Under the pieces are notes generated by a model, which worked only from the letters and a program-made list of their open reading frames with translations, searched no databases and was not told the origin of the DNA. Positions 25,354 to 37,138 of a DNA stretch of 64,000 nt are shown one piece after another. Position 1 is the stretch's first letter. Each line of letters begins with the position of its first letter. This DNA comes from Eledone cirrhosa. Lineage: Eukaryota. A program made the translations under genes and the position numbers. The stretch lies in the NCBI GenBank assembly GCA_964016885.1, contig OZ024751.1:1426001-1490000 (forward strand), given 5' to 3'.

Positions 25354-27480
25354 TTACCGTACTTTTGGTAGAGGAGGGATGGTTTTTACATCCCTTTTCG
25401 CTTGATCGTCTGGTGAAGGGACCGTTGAATCGTCCCTTCGGCTGGTCATCGGCTCTTCTAAGAGAATGTCTGAATATACTCTTCGATTGATGGTTCCTCC
25501 TAGGACCCTGAAATAACCAATTGCGTTGGGGAATTTCGTTTTAATGTTTGTGTATTGTTTCTGTGCTATTTTTAGCAGTCTTATGTTAGTTGGCGTTTTG
25601 ATTGGTGCTGGTATTATGTAGTCCTGTTGTGAAATGTCTGTGTGTTCAATTATGTAAGTCATTAGTTTCTTGTTGTGTGTATTTATTGCCGTGAATTTGT
25701 TTTTCTGGCGGTGGGGTGTGGTTCTGCTATTTTCTTGTCGTTGTTGCTGGGTGTGTGTGTTTTGTTGTTGTGTTTGCGATGTTGGTGCTTGTGGTGGTGG
25801 TGTTGAAGGTGTTGTTGGCGCTGGGGTTGTCACCGGTGGTGATGGTGGTGCTAGTGTGGGTGGTGATGGTGTTGGTGGTGTTGCTGCTGTGGGTCTCTTT
25901 GCAGTAGACTTTACCCTTTTCTCATTTCTTTCCTCCCTTTTCAAAGGCGACGATGCGCTGCTTCTGCGTTTGTGCCTTCTTACAACCTTTTGCCATCCCT
26001 CTCCCACCTCACACTCCATGTCTGATTCTGTGAGGTCGGGGAGGGGTACCAGCTCCACTCTTTCACTTGTTGTTGTTGGTGATGTTTGCACTGGAGTCTC
26101 TGTTGCAGCTGCATTTGGTATTGCTGTTGTTGTTGTTAATATTTCCACTGCTGCTGCTGTTTTTGATTTCCGTGGCGTGGGTATGGGTGCCACGGACCTA
26201 TCGTTCCTGGTTGCCGCTTGTCCTGTTGCTGGTAGCCGTGGAGCCGGATTTGGAAGGAGGGGGGTTTTCTCCTTTCTCAGGGTCTTCTCGTTGCAGAAGG
26301 CCCTGAGGTGAGTCTTCGATCCACAGCGAAAGCATTTCGGGCGTTTGCCCTCAACACTTATGGGCAGTTGAGTGCCGTTATCGAAGTCTATCACATCCGG
26401 GATAGCTTCGATGCACTCCTGGTTGGTTTGGATTAGCATCTCAATGGAGGTGCCGACCCAATCTTCTCTTACTTTTTTCTGTACTTGCAGTACAGTTGTT
26501 TTGTCCTCGATTCCGACGAGGACAGACGCGGCCAGCCAAGAAGGGGCCATTCCGGGGGGGACGTGGGTCAGTTTGACCCTCACAATTTTTTGCCCGCAGT
26601 AGGAGGGCACCAACACCATTTCCTCGCTCCTTAGGGTCACTACGAATTGGGCCTTTGCCTCCTGGGGTGTGGCAAAAAGTACGTCTACGGTGGCATATTT
26701 TTTGCCTCGGGTGATGTGCGTTTTCCGCTGCCACACAGACCCCAAGGCTTTTTGTATTTGGGCCTCTGTGGCTCTTTCCACCCTACGGGATTTTGTACTT
26801 ACTGTACGGTACGTGACCGTACAGTGCTGTTGGGTTTCGAAAAATTTTTCCGCTGCCTTGCAGATTGCTCGGTGTCCGTTCTTTGTCACCATCTTCTTCG
26901 CTTCCTCTAATTCCTCATTTGTTATGAGGATTGTTTCCAAGTTTTTCGCAATACCTGCAAATGAGATTGGTTTTTCTCTGCTGTTGTTGTTGTCGTCAGA
27001 GCTGCTGTTACTTTTGTTGTTGCTGCAGGTACTACGACTACTGCCTTCGCCGCTGTTGCTGTGGTTGGTGTTGCTGCTGCTAATGCTGTTGTTGTTTATT
27101 CTGCTGGTGATGCTGTTGCGGCTGCTACTGTTGTTTTCATTGTCACTGTTGCTGTTGTTATTACGGCTGCTACTGCTATTATTCCTGACGTCAAACGAAT
27201 GAACTGGGTTTTCGTATTTCCCGCACACCTGTTTCGTCGCTGTCGTCGTCGTCGTGGAGAAACCTTGCATGCTTTGCACGAGACTTTTCTTTTCTTTCGT
27301 CACTTGCGAAAGAGAAGGGAGGGAGAGAGACACATTTAAAGAAGGGAGGGAGAGAGACAATCTTCTCTCTGCTGTAGTGACGATTGAGGAAGAAGAAGAC
27401 GGAATGAGTGGGAGTGACCTGTGCAAATTCTTTTTCGTAGCCATGTTGTTTTTTTTGTTTAAAATAAATATTGGGTACAA
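25354..27480 (-). CDS. Tx1 ORF1 (gag-like, CCHC knuckle; likely ATG at about 27444)
   Basis: CFRCGSKTHLRAFC knuckle, Ser/Asn-rich N-terminus, Pro/Thr-rich C-terminus. It lies directly upstream of ORF2. Confidence 0.85.
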   Translation of the reverse strand: MYPIFILNKKNNMATKKNLHRSLPLIPSSSSSIVTTAERRLSLSLPSLNVSLSLPSLSQVTKEKKSLVQSMQGFSTTTTTATKQVCGKYENPVHSFDVRNNSSSSRNNNSNSDNENNSSSRNSITSRINNNSISSSNTNHSNSGEGSSRSTCSNNKSNSSSDDNNNSREKPISFAGIAKNLETILITNEELEEAKKMVTKNGHRAICKAAEKFFETQQHCTVTYRTVSTKSRRVERATEAQIQKALGSVWQRKTHITRGKKYATVDVLFATPQEAKAQFVVTLRSEEMVLVPSYCGQKIVRVKLTHVPPGMAPSWLAASVLVGIEDKTTVLQVQKKVREDWVGTSIEMLIQTNQECIEAIPDVIDFDNGTQLPISVEGKRPKCFRCGSKTHLRAFCNEKTLRKEKTPLLPNPAPRLPATGQAATRNDRSVAPIPTPRKSKTAAAVEILTTTTAIPNAAATETPVQTSPTTTSERVELVPLPDLTESDMECEVGEGWQKVVRRHKRRSSASSPLKREERNEKRVKSTAKRPTAATPPTPSPPTLAPPSPPVTTPAPTTPSTPPPQAPTSQTQQQNTHTQQQRQENSRTTPHRQKNKFTAINTHNKKLMTYIIEHTDISQQDYIIPAPIKTPTNIRLLKIAQKQYTNIKTKFPNAIGYFRVLGGTINRRVYSDILLEEPMTSRRDDSTVPSPDDQAKRDVKTIPPLPKVR

Positions 27481-27686
27481 ACCCCCAATAAGCAGTTATT
27501 TAACCCCGAAGGGCCAAATAACGGCCAGAAAGACCCCTCTCACGAGGAGGAGGGTGTTTTTGTCTACAAGTTGGTCTAAGTTTTAAACAATTTACAATTG
27601 TTAAAGCGTTCAAAATTTACAGTACCTTACAGAGCCGAGCCTCCGTCAACCATAGCATTCAATAATAATAATAAGAAGAAGAAAAA

Positions 27687-30600
27687 GTTACTAACTGATA
27701 TAGAAATTGATCAGATCAAGCTAGTAGCACAAAGTCAGTGAAGGGAAAATGAAGCATGTGTCAGTGAAAACGAGGTAAACTGTAACACTTCGAATCCCAG
27801 GGTTGGGGCGGAATCACTGGCAACAGAACAAATTAAAGAAAGGAGCGAAAAAATGGAGGGAGTGCATGCTCAGGATGAAACTCCAAATGAAAATAATAAG
27901 ATCGTAAATGATAAAGAAATGAATGAGAATGAACTTGCCAACTTGAAGGATGAAATTATGATCGAATGGATGAAAATGAAAGAATCTGACATGGGGCAAC
28001 GAGACACCCTCCCTAAGATCCAGAACTCCAAACAGAACCAAAAGGTAATACACAAGACTAACATAATTCTCAAAAACATTATCATCACAAACAAACTAAA
28101 CATTACTGACTTAAATCATCTCTATTATGCATCGGCTAAAGTCACCACTCACTTATGTGGAGTGAAGATGAAAAAACAAAGGAATTCCCACAAGAAATCT
28201 ACTTGGCAAGATAACATCAATCACCAAATAAACCTTCTCCGATCTGACATAGAAATTTTAACAAACTATAAAGTAGGTGAACATGTTAAACAAACTAAAC
28301 TTAGAAAATTAAAAAAAAAGTACAGTATAAGATCAACATGTGACATAGACATGCTGATAGAAACAATCAAGCAAAAAGTGTCGGCCAAAGCTGCTCGTAT
28401 AAGGCGCTTTGAAAATCGATCTAGATTCTATAAGGACAATAATATGTTCAAAAACAACCAAAGAAACTTCTACAGAAAAATTGGTAAGTCAACAATAACT
28501 GCTAAATCAATACCACCCAAGGAGGAAGTGCAAGAATTCTGGGAAAAGATCTGGGCCGAAGAAAAAGTTCATAACATACATGCCCCATGGATAGACAGAC
28601 AAATGAAAGAAACAGCTCACCTTGAAGAACAAACATGGGAAAATATAACAGTTGAACAGCTGCGCTTGGCTCTAAGAAAAACCAGCAAATGGAAATCCCC
28701 AGGAAAAGACAAAATACAAAACTTTTGGATAAATGCCTTCACAGAGTCTCATGAGCTGTTAACCCAACTTTACAATCAAATAGTTAAGGAGCCAGAAAAG
28801 ATACCATCATGGCTAGTAAACGGCATTACATTCCTGCTACCGAAGAATGATGAGACAAACAATCCCAAAAATTACAGACCGATAACCTGCTTGACCACAA
28901 TGTATAAAATTTTAACATCAGTCCTAACTGAATACACATATGACCACCTGATAACAAATGACCTATTTCCCATTGAGCAGAAAGGGTGTAAACGAGGCTC
29001 ATATGGCTGTAAGGATCAGCTTCTGGTTAACAAAATGATACTGGAAGATTGTCATAATAGACACAAAAATCTATCGATTGCTTGGATAGATTATAAAAAA
29101 GCATTCGATAGTTTGCCACACAGTTGGATTGAAAAATGTTTAGAGATTTTCAAAATATCCCCCGTTGTCAGGAGGTTTTTGTCATTCAGTATGAGGACAT
29201 GGAGAACGACACTCCTTTTGAATAGTGAAACAAAATCACTGGAAGCTGGAGAAGTTAACATTAATTGTGGAATTTTTCAGGGTGACTCTTTATCACCGCT
29301 TTTATTCTGCATCGCACTTATACCATTAAGTAAAATGCTCAATGAAACAAAACATGGATATAGAGTCTATGACAAAACCATTAATCACCTGTTCTACATG
29401 GATGACCTGAAACTATTTGCAAAAAATGATGAACAATTGCAAGGGCTATTATCCACTGTGAAGCAGTTCAGTGATGACATTAAAATGGAGTTTGGACTGG
29501 ATAAATGCGCCAAAGCAACGTTCACCAGAGGAAAGCTGCTGAAGAGTTCAGACATTAATCTTGATCGGGGGAACGTGATAAGAGAGCTTGATCAAGAAAA
29601 AACTTACAAATATCTAGGTGTTTGTGAAGGAGACGGAATCAAGCACTCGACAATGAGCGAAAGGATAAGGAAGGAATGTTACCGCAGAGTAAGAGCAATC
29701 TTAAGAACGGAATTGAATGCAAGGAATAGGATCGATGTCATAAACACGCTTGCTATACCAGTAGTAACCTACAGTTACAATGTCATCAACTGGTCAAGCA
29801 CAGAGATCCGTAGGCTCGATACAAAAATCCGAAAATTCTTAACCATGCACAGAATGCATCACCCTAAGGCAGACATAGATAGAATATATCTCCCTAGGAA
29901 AGAAGGAGGACGTGGGTTAATCCAGTTAGACATTGCGTTGAAAACTGCAACAATTGGATTATCCACATATCTAAGGGAATCACATGATTGGATGATCAAA
30001 CTCGTTTTGAAATACGAAAGCATCAAAAGATCATATTCCATATTCCAAAAGATGAGAAAAGATACAGTAATGGACTACAAATTTCAGAAGTCCCATTTAC
30101 TGCTGAAATGGAAAACACAGAAAAAGCAAAGCAGGTAAAAGTAACTGCAAAGAAAGAACTGCTACAGAAACTGGCTAAGAAATGGCAAGAAAAGCCTCTG
30201 TATGGAAAATACCCAGAGCGAGCTAACAATCCTGATGTTGACAAAACTTTAACCCATCAGTGGTTGGCATCCTCTGGACTGAAATCGGAGACTGAAGGAC
30301 TGATTATATCGGCACAAGATCAGTGTCTGCCAACAAAAAATTACCAAGCCAACATAATAAAAAATGGATGCAGCCTATTATGCCGTGTATGCAAAAAACA
30401 ACCAGAGACCATTGACCATATAATTTCAATGTGCAGTCCTATAGCTCCAACCGAATACCTAAACAGGCATGACAGAGCTGCACAATACATACATTGGATA
30501 ATGTGTAAGCATTTTGACCTGCCCCATCAAAAGAATTGGTGGAAAGCATTAACCACCTCCCATACTTGAAAAAGATCACATCTCAATCTTGTGGAACTTT

Positions 30601-31115
30601 AGCATCCAAACAGACCGAAAAATAGATGCAAATAGACCTGATATAATATTGAAGGACTTTCAAAGGAGGGTATGCCTGCTAATTGATATGTCTGTTCCAA
30701 GAGACAAGAATGTATCTATAAAAACATTTGAAAAATTGAGCAAATATAAGGACCTGGAGATAGAAATTGGAAAAATGTGGAAATTGAGAACTAAAACAAT
30801 ACCAGTGGTTGTAGGTGCTCTGGGAATGATACCTAAGGGGTCTAACGACTACTTATCGCAAATCCCAGTAAACCCGCGTATAGGAGAAATACAAAAGATA
30901 GTACTAATGGGAACTGCCCATATACTAAGGAAGATCCTGTCAATATAAGTACATCACAAGTCTAAACACTAAGGATGCATGTGTGAATATGTATGTTCTT
31001 TCTTGAACATGGCGGACCTTGTTGTCTCTTGAGGTCACTGGTTGTGACTTGGTGATAACTCGTATAAACATATAGCAAGATAAATGCAAATAATAATAAT
31101 AATAATAATAATAAT
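27687..31115 (+). mobile_element. R4/Dong-type RLE LINE, family B, copy 1 (5'-truncated, frameshifted)
   Basis: RT motifs WKSPGKD, NYRPITCL, IFQGDSLSP and FYMDD, plus CRVC..ETIDHIISMC, RHD and RPDII..LIDMSVP. It ends in an (AAT)n tail. Confidence 0.92.
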
Positions 31116-34100
31116 GTTTTCTTTATTAACCACAAGGGTTTACATAAAGTAGACATTAAGGACAGTACAGGACAATACAGGACGGTACAAATGGGCATTT
31201 CTGCGTGTAAAAAAAACAGAGGTTGAAATAAAATAACAAAGAAAAATTCCCCAATAGGGGGGAGACTTCGGAGGGACATTTGTGGAGAAAGCCCAGTAAA
31301 AGGCCACAGTGACCCTGACCACCAAGGCAAGTGCCCTCTCCCAGTTTTCCACCTTTAATTTACAGATATATACTCAGAGTAGGCCCATTCACTCGGGCCA
31401 TTCTTGCTTCTCTCACCCATCTTTCAACAAAATGCTGTGAAGAGAGCACTCCCCTCTCTACTCTGATTTTCCTTTTCAAATGAAATTTGAAACAGTCAAT
31501 CAGAGCATCACCGAAGAGGTAAGTGCTCGTCTTCAGCCCTTTCAAACGTGTCCACCATACTATCTCTTTCGCCATGGCCACCAGACAGATAAAAACTGCC
31601 TGCCCTTCCCGGCTAAAGGAGGAGGGCGGGGAAATCCTCACGATGGACTCAGATGATAGCCGGATCCGTCCTAAACGCGACAGCAGGTGTTCGACATAAC
31701 CCACAAGTCAGCAATTTTCGGACACTGGACGAGTGCGTGCAGGACGGTTTCGTCGCCCTGCGCGCATCTCGGACATGCCCGGCTGACGGCACCTCCATGC
31801 CTGTAGAGTTTATCCCGAACTGGCAAAGATCCTCGGTAGCACTGCCAGGCCAGAGATTTCTGGAAGTTGTCCATAGGCCCCGGCCCGAAAGTTCTTCCGA
31901 AGAGATTGGCTACTTGATTTTCGTCGACGCCTAGAGTTTCCCCAAGTACGTCGTCGCTCTTCCCCTCCACTAATCCTCTATAGAACGCCGAGGTGGAGTT
32001 TCCACCGATCACATTGCCCGATTGGTCGAGGGCTGTGAGCGCCTGAAGACATTCTAGTCTCCAGGCGCTCCCTCTCGGTCTTCACTTGACCCAGGACTGC
32101 AGCTCCGTCAAGGAAACGAGCTGGGGAAAAACGTGTCTAGCAAACGGCGACCACACCTGATCACCGTCGAGGAAGAGGTGGAGATGTCGTAGCCTGAGCG
32201 CGTTCCTGCGCATCATCAGCCACGGCATGCTCAGCCCTCCACGTAGCGGGTGTTGACAACAGATGGACCGCCTGACCATCGGAGCGTGTCCCTTCCACAA
32301 AAAGCGAAAGAGCAAACGCTCCAGCGCAGTCAGGCGAGGCTTGGGACAAGGTACGACGGTCAGGCGGTAGCAGATGACAAACGCGATGTACGCGTTAGCC
32401 ACCTCCGCTCGACCTTTCAGGGATAGCTTCCTCTCCGCCCATTTCTGGGTGAGAGAAGCCACCTGCTCGTCACCTCGTCCCAGATTTTGTCCGTCCGGAG
32501 GTCCTTACCGAACCAGACCCCTAGCAATTTAACCGGTCCGTCCGTCCAGCGTCCGACGACGCTGTTGGACGGCATGGACCTGTCTCTCCAGGTGCCGAGC
32601 TGCAGGCCCACTGACTTTTGCTGGTTGATCATTGCTCCTGTCACCGCTTCGTATTCACTTAGTGTAGTGCCGATCGCCTCGATGTGTTTGGCGTTCGACA
32701 CCACTACGGTGACATCGTCGGCATATGCTGACACGGATCTTCCGCATCCTAGTTCGCGCGGGACGCCCCTCAACGTCTCCAGTTTGTTCAGTAATGGCTC
32801 GAGAGTCAATACGTACAAGAGGGACGAGAGGGGACATCCTTGGCTGACCGAGCGCATGATGTTGAACGGTTCCGACAGGTGACCGTTCACTCTCACCACA
32901 GAGCAGATGTCGCTGTGCATGGCAGCGATCCAGCCTCTGAAGACGGGCCCAAAGCAGCCGCCCTCAGGACTGCCGCTAGGTAACGATGGTCGACCCTATC
33001 GAAAACTTTCGACTGATCTAAATTGATCAAAGACCCACCCGTGCCAGGTTCCTTAGCTACCCTCTCTACGATGTATCGCATGAGGTGGAGGTTGTCGTGG
33101 ATGGATCTGTCGGGAATGGCGCATGTCTGCGCCTCTCCCACCAGTCCACCAACGACAAGCGCCAACCTCTTTGCTAGCACCTTGGCCAAAATCTTGAACT
33201 CTGTGTTTAGCAGAGTTATGGGCCGGAAATTATCTATGTTATCCCCTTTGTTCGGATCCTTTCTCAGCAGTGCCACCGCTCCTCGGCTCACAGAACTGGG
33301 AATTCTCCCGTTCTGTTGCCAGTTGCAGTAGACGTCCGCCAAGAGGCCTCCGAACAAGTCTGGCATCTGTACGTAAAGTTCATAGGGAAGACCATCCAAA
33401 CCAGGAAATTTACCCCTTGTGCAGCCAGTCATTGCCTCCCTTACTTCAGCGGCTGTTATCGGCTTTTCACAACACTTCGCCTCAGTGGCCGAGAGCCGCG
33501 GCAGTCCGTCGAGGTAGATACTAAAGTCCACTAAAGCCACGACGCGCCTCCGCCACTCGGGCCCATTGAACGGCTTTCGTCCCCTCGTGTCTGAGAGAAC
33601 GCAACCTTGCTCTGACAACGCAGCCTTCGTGCTTTGCATTGAAGAATTGGTCAAGGGCCAATTTCGCCGCAAGCACGTCGGTCGCAATACCTTTGCTAAG
33701 CGCCTCGTCTAATTTTCTAACTAGATCTCCCTCTGCTCTATTTTTCTCCATTGCTAAACCCTTACTAAACCTATTGGATTCTATTCTAATCGCTCTTTTC
33801 AGAGCAAACCACCACTTGTTGTTGACGATGGCCCCCGTCAACGCCCGCTTAACTAGTTCGCTAATCCGGTCTCTGTAGGCCTTGCGCGCTGGTAAGGGCG
33901 CGTTTAGCTTCCAGTAGCCGGGTCCTCGTCTATGAAGCCTATCTAAGTCACGTACACAGATCACGAATTTGTGGTCCGTGTAGCTGACTATCTTGAATTG
34001 TGGACAGCCTATGCTAGACCTATCTATTTCCCTACAAAATACTCTATCTAGATATGATCTGGATGACCCTATGCGATTTGTCCAAGTCCACATTGGCACA

Positions 34101-36312
34101 TTCGGGAAATCCAATCGGTACCTGTCAGACAGTTCAAAACGCCTGAGCAGGTTGGTGAGGCTCTTGCACCCTCCACCCCTATCCGCTAATCCCACACAGT
34201 CCCAGCGTGCATCTAAGATCCCGTTCCAGTCGCCCACTAACACTAAAGAGCGGGACGTTCCAAGAAAGGTCTCCAGACGCCGGAAGAAATCAGGCCGCCC
34301 TGCTCCTGTCGGGGCATAGACGGCCACTAGCCTGAAAGCTTGCCCATCTCCGCTGGTCACGTCCAGCACCACCAGCTTACCCTCTGGGTCCAGGAAGATG
34401 GCCCATATGGCGAGATCCAAACCTCTCCGAAAAAGCACAGCAACTCCTCCCCCCGATCCAGGACGGCTGGAAGATGCGTACACATCGTAGCGGCCGAAGA
34501 TCGGTGCGAAGGCCCGTGCTACGAAGAATCTGGTCTCGCTGATGGCCACTACATCTATGTTTAGTGACCTGAGGTTGTTGAGCAGGTGACCCTGCTTCCA
34601 TGACGACCCCAAGCCACGCGCATTTATGCTGCCTATTCTGAGTGACGTCATGTTTAAAATAGAGTGGAAAAGATGGGAAAGACCACTTACCGTACTTTTC
34701 GTAGAGGAGGGATGGTTTTTACATCCCTTTTCACTTGATCGTCTGGTGAAGGGACCGTTGAATCGTCCCTTCGGCTGGTCGTCGGCTCTTCTATGAGTAT
34801 GTCCGAATATACTCTTCGACTGAGAGTCCCTCCTAGGACTCTGAAATCATCAACTGCGTTGGGGAATTTCGTTTTAATGTTTGTGTATTGTTTCTGTGCT
34901 ATTTTTACCAGTCTTATGTTAGTTGGCGTTTTGATTGGTGCTGGTATTGTGTAGTCGTGTTGTGAAATGTCTGTGTGTTCAATTATGTAAGTCATTAGTT
35001 TCTTGTTGTGTGTATTCATTGCCGTGCATTTGTTTTTCTGGGGGTGGGGTGTGGTTCTGCTATTTTCTTGTCGTTGTTGCTGGGTGTGTGTGTTTTGTTG
35101 TTGTGTTTGCGATGTTGGTGCTTGTGGTGGTGGTGTTGAAGGTGTTGTTGTTGTTGGCGGTGGGGTTGTCGCCGGTGGTGATGGTGGTGCTAGTGTGGGT
35201 GGTGATGGTGTTGGTGGTGTTACTGCTGTGAGTCTCTTTTCAGTAGCCTTTACCCTTTTTTCATTTCTTTCCTCACTTTTCGAAGGCGACGAAGCGCTGC
35301 TTCTGCGTTTGTGCCTTCTTACGACCTTTTGCCATCCCTCTCCCACCTCACACTCCATGTCTAATTCTGTGATGTCGGGGAGGGGTACCAGCTCCACTCT
35401 TTCACTTGTTGTTGTTGGTGATGTTTGCACTGGAGTCTCTGTTGCAGCTGCATTTGGTATTGCTGTTGTTGTTGTTAATACTTCCACTGCTGCTGCTGTT
35501 TTTGATTTCCGTGGCGTGTGTATGGGTGCAACGGAACTATCGTTCCTGGTTGCCGCTTGTCCTGTTGTGGTAGCCGTGGAGCCGGTTTCGGAAGGAGGGG
35601 GGTTTTCTCCTTTCTCAGGGTCTTCTCGTTGCAGAAGGCCCTGAGGTGAGTCTTCGATCCACAGCGAAAGCATTTCGGGCGTTTGCCCTCAACACTTATG
35701 GGCAGTTATCGAAGTCTATCTCATCCGGGATAGCTTCGATGCACTCCTGGTTGGTTTGGATTAACATCTCAATGGAGGTGCCGACCCAATCTTCTCTTAC
35801 TTTTTTCTGTACTTGCAGTACAGTTGTTTTGTCCTCGATTCCGACGAGGACAGACGCGGCCAGCCAAGAAGGGGCCATCCTGGGGGGGACGTGGGTCAGT
35901 TTGACCCTCACAATCTTTTGCCCGCAGTAGGATGGCACCAACACCATTTCCTCACTCCTTAGGGTCACTAAGGATTGAGCCTTTGCCTCCTGGGGTGTGG
36001 CAAAAAGTACGTCTACGGTGGCATATTTCTTGCCTCGGTTGATGTGCGTTTTCCGCTGCCACACAGACCCCAAAGCTTTTTGTATTTGAGCCTCTGTGGC
36101 TCTTTCAACCCTACGGGATTTTGTACTTACTGTACGGTACGTGACCGTACAGTGCTGTTGGGTTTCGAAAAATGTTTCGGCTGCCTTGCAGATTGCTCGG
36201 TGTAGGCTTTTCGTCACCATCTTCTTCGCTTCCTCTAATTCCTCATTTGTTATGAGGATGGTTTCCAGGTTCTTTGCGATACCTGCAAACGAGATTGGTT
36301 TTTCTTTGCTGC

Positions 36313-36369
<57 letters not shown>

Positions 36370-37040
36370 CAGAGCTGCTGTTATTTTTGTTGTTGCTGCT
36401 GGTACTACGACTACTGCCGCCGCCGCTGTTGCTGTGGTTGTTGTTGTTGTTGCTGCTGCTAATGCTGTTGTTGTTTATGCTGCTGCTGATGCTATTGCGG
36501 CTGCTACTGTTGTTTTCCTTGTCACTGTTGCTGTTGTTATTACGGCTTCTACTGCTATTATTCCTGACGTCAGACGAATGAAATGGGTTTTCGTATTTCC
36601 CGCACACCTGTTTCGTCGTTGTCGTCGTCGTCGTGGAGAAATCTTGCACGCTTTGCACGAGATTTTTCTTTTCTGTCGTCGCTTGCGAAAGAGAAGCGAG
36701 GGAGAGAGACACATTTAAAGAAGGGAGGGAGAGAGACAATCTTCTCTCTGCTGTAGTGACGATTGAGGAAGAAGAAGACGGAATGAGTGGGAGTGACCTA
36801 TGAAAATTCTTTTTCGTAGCCATGTTGTTTTTTTTTTGTTTAAAATAAATATTGGGCACAAACCCCAATAAGCGGTCATTTAACTCCGAAGGGCCAAATA
36901 ACGGGCAGAAAGACCCCTCTCACAAGGAGGAGGGTGTTTTTGTCTACAAGTTGGTTAAAGTTTTAAACAATTTACAATTGTTATAGCGGTCAAAATTTAC
37001 AATACCTTACAGAGCCGAGCCTCCGTCAACCATAGCATTC
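31116..37040 (-). mobile_element. Tx1-clade LINE, copy 2 (disrupted)
   Basis: It is colinear with 21659-27660 and has identical ends. There are several frameshifts, a 130-bp deletion in ORF2 and an expanded (AAC)n tract in ORF1. Confidence 0.93.
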
Positions 37041-37116
<76 letters not shown>

Positions 37117-37138
37117 TTAAGAAGAAGAAGAAGAAGAA

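Larger units (their letters stand above)
21659..27660 (-). mobile_element. Full-length Tx1/L1-clade non-LTR retrotransposon, copy 1
   Basis: Two open ORFs. AATAAA lies just before an (ATT)n 3' flank, and (ATT)n is also present at the 5' flank. Confidence 0.93.

Noticed and set aside
22229-27586. Plus-strand ORFs overlapping Tx1 (and antisense ORFs over Dong and Gypsy)
   Set aside because: These are shadow ORFs of GC-rich or low-complexity coding sequence with no motifs.
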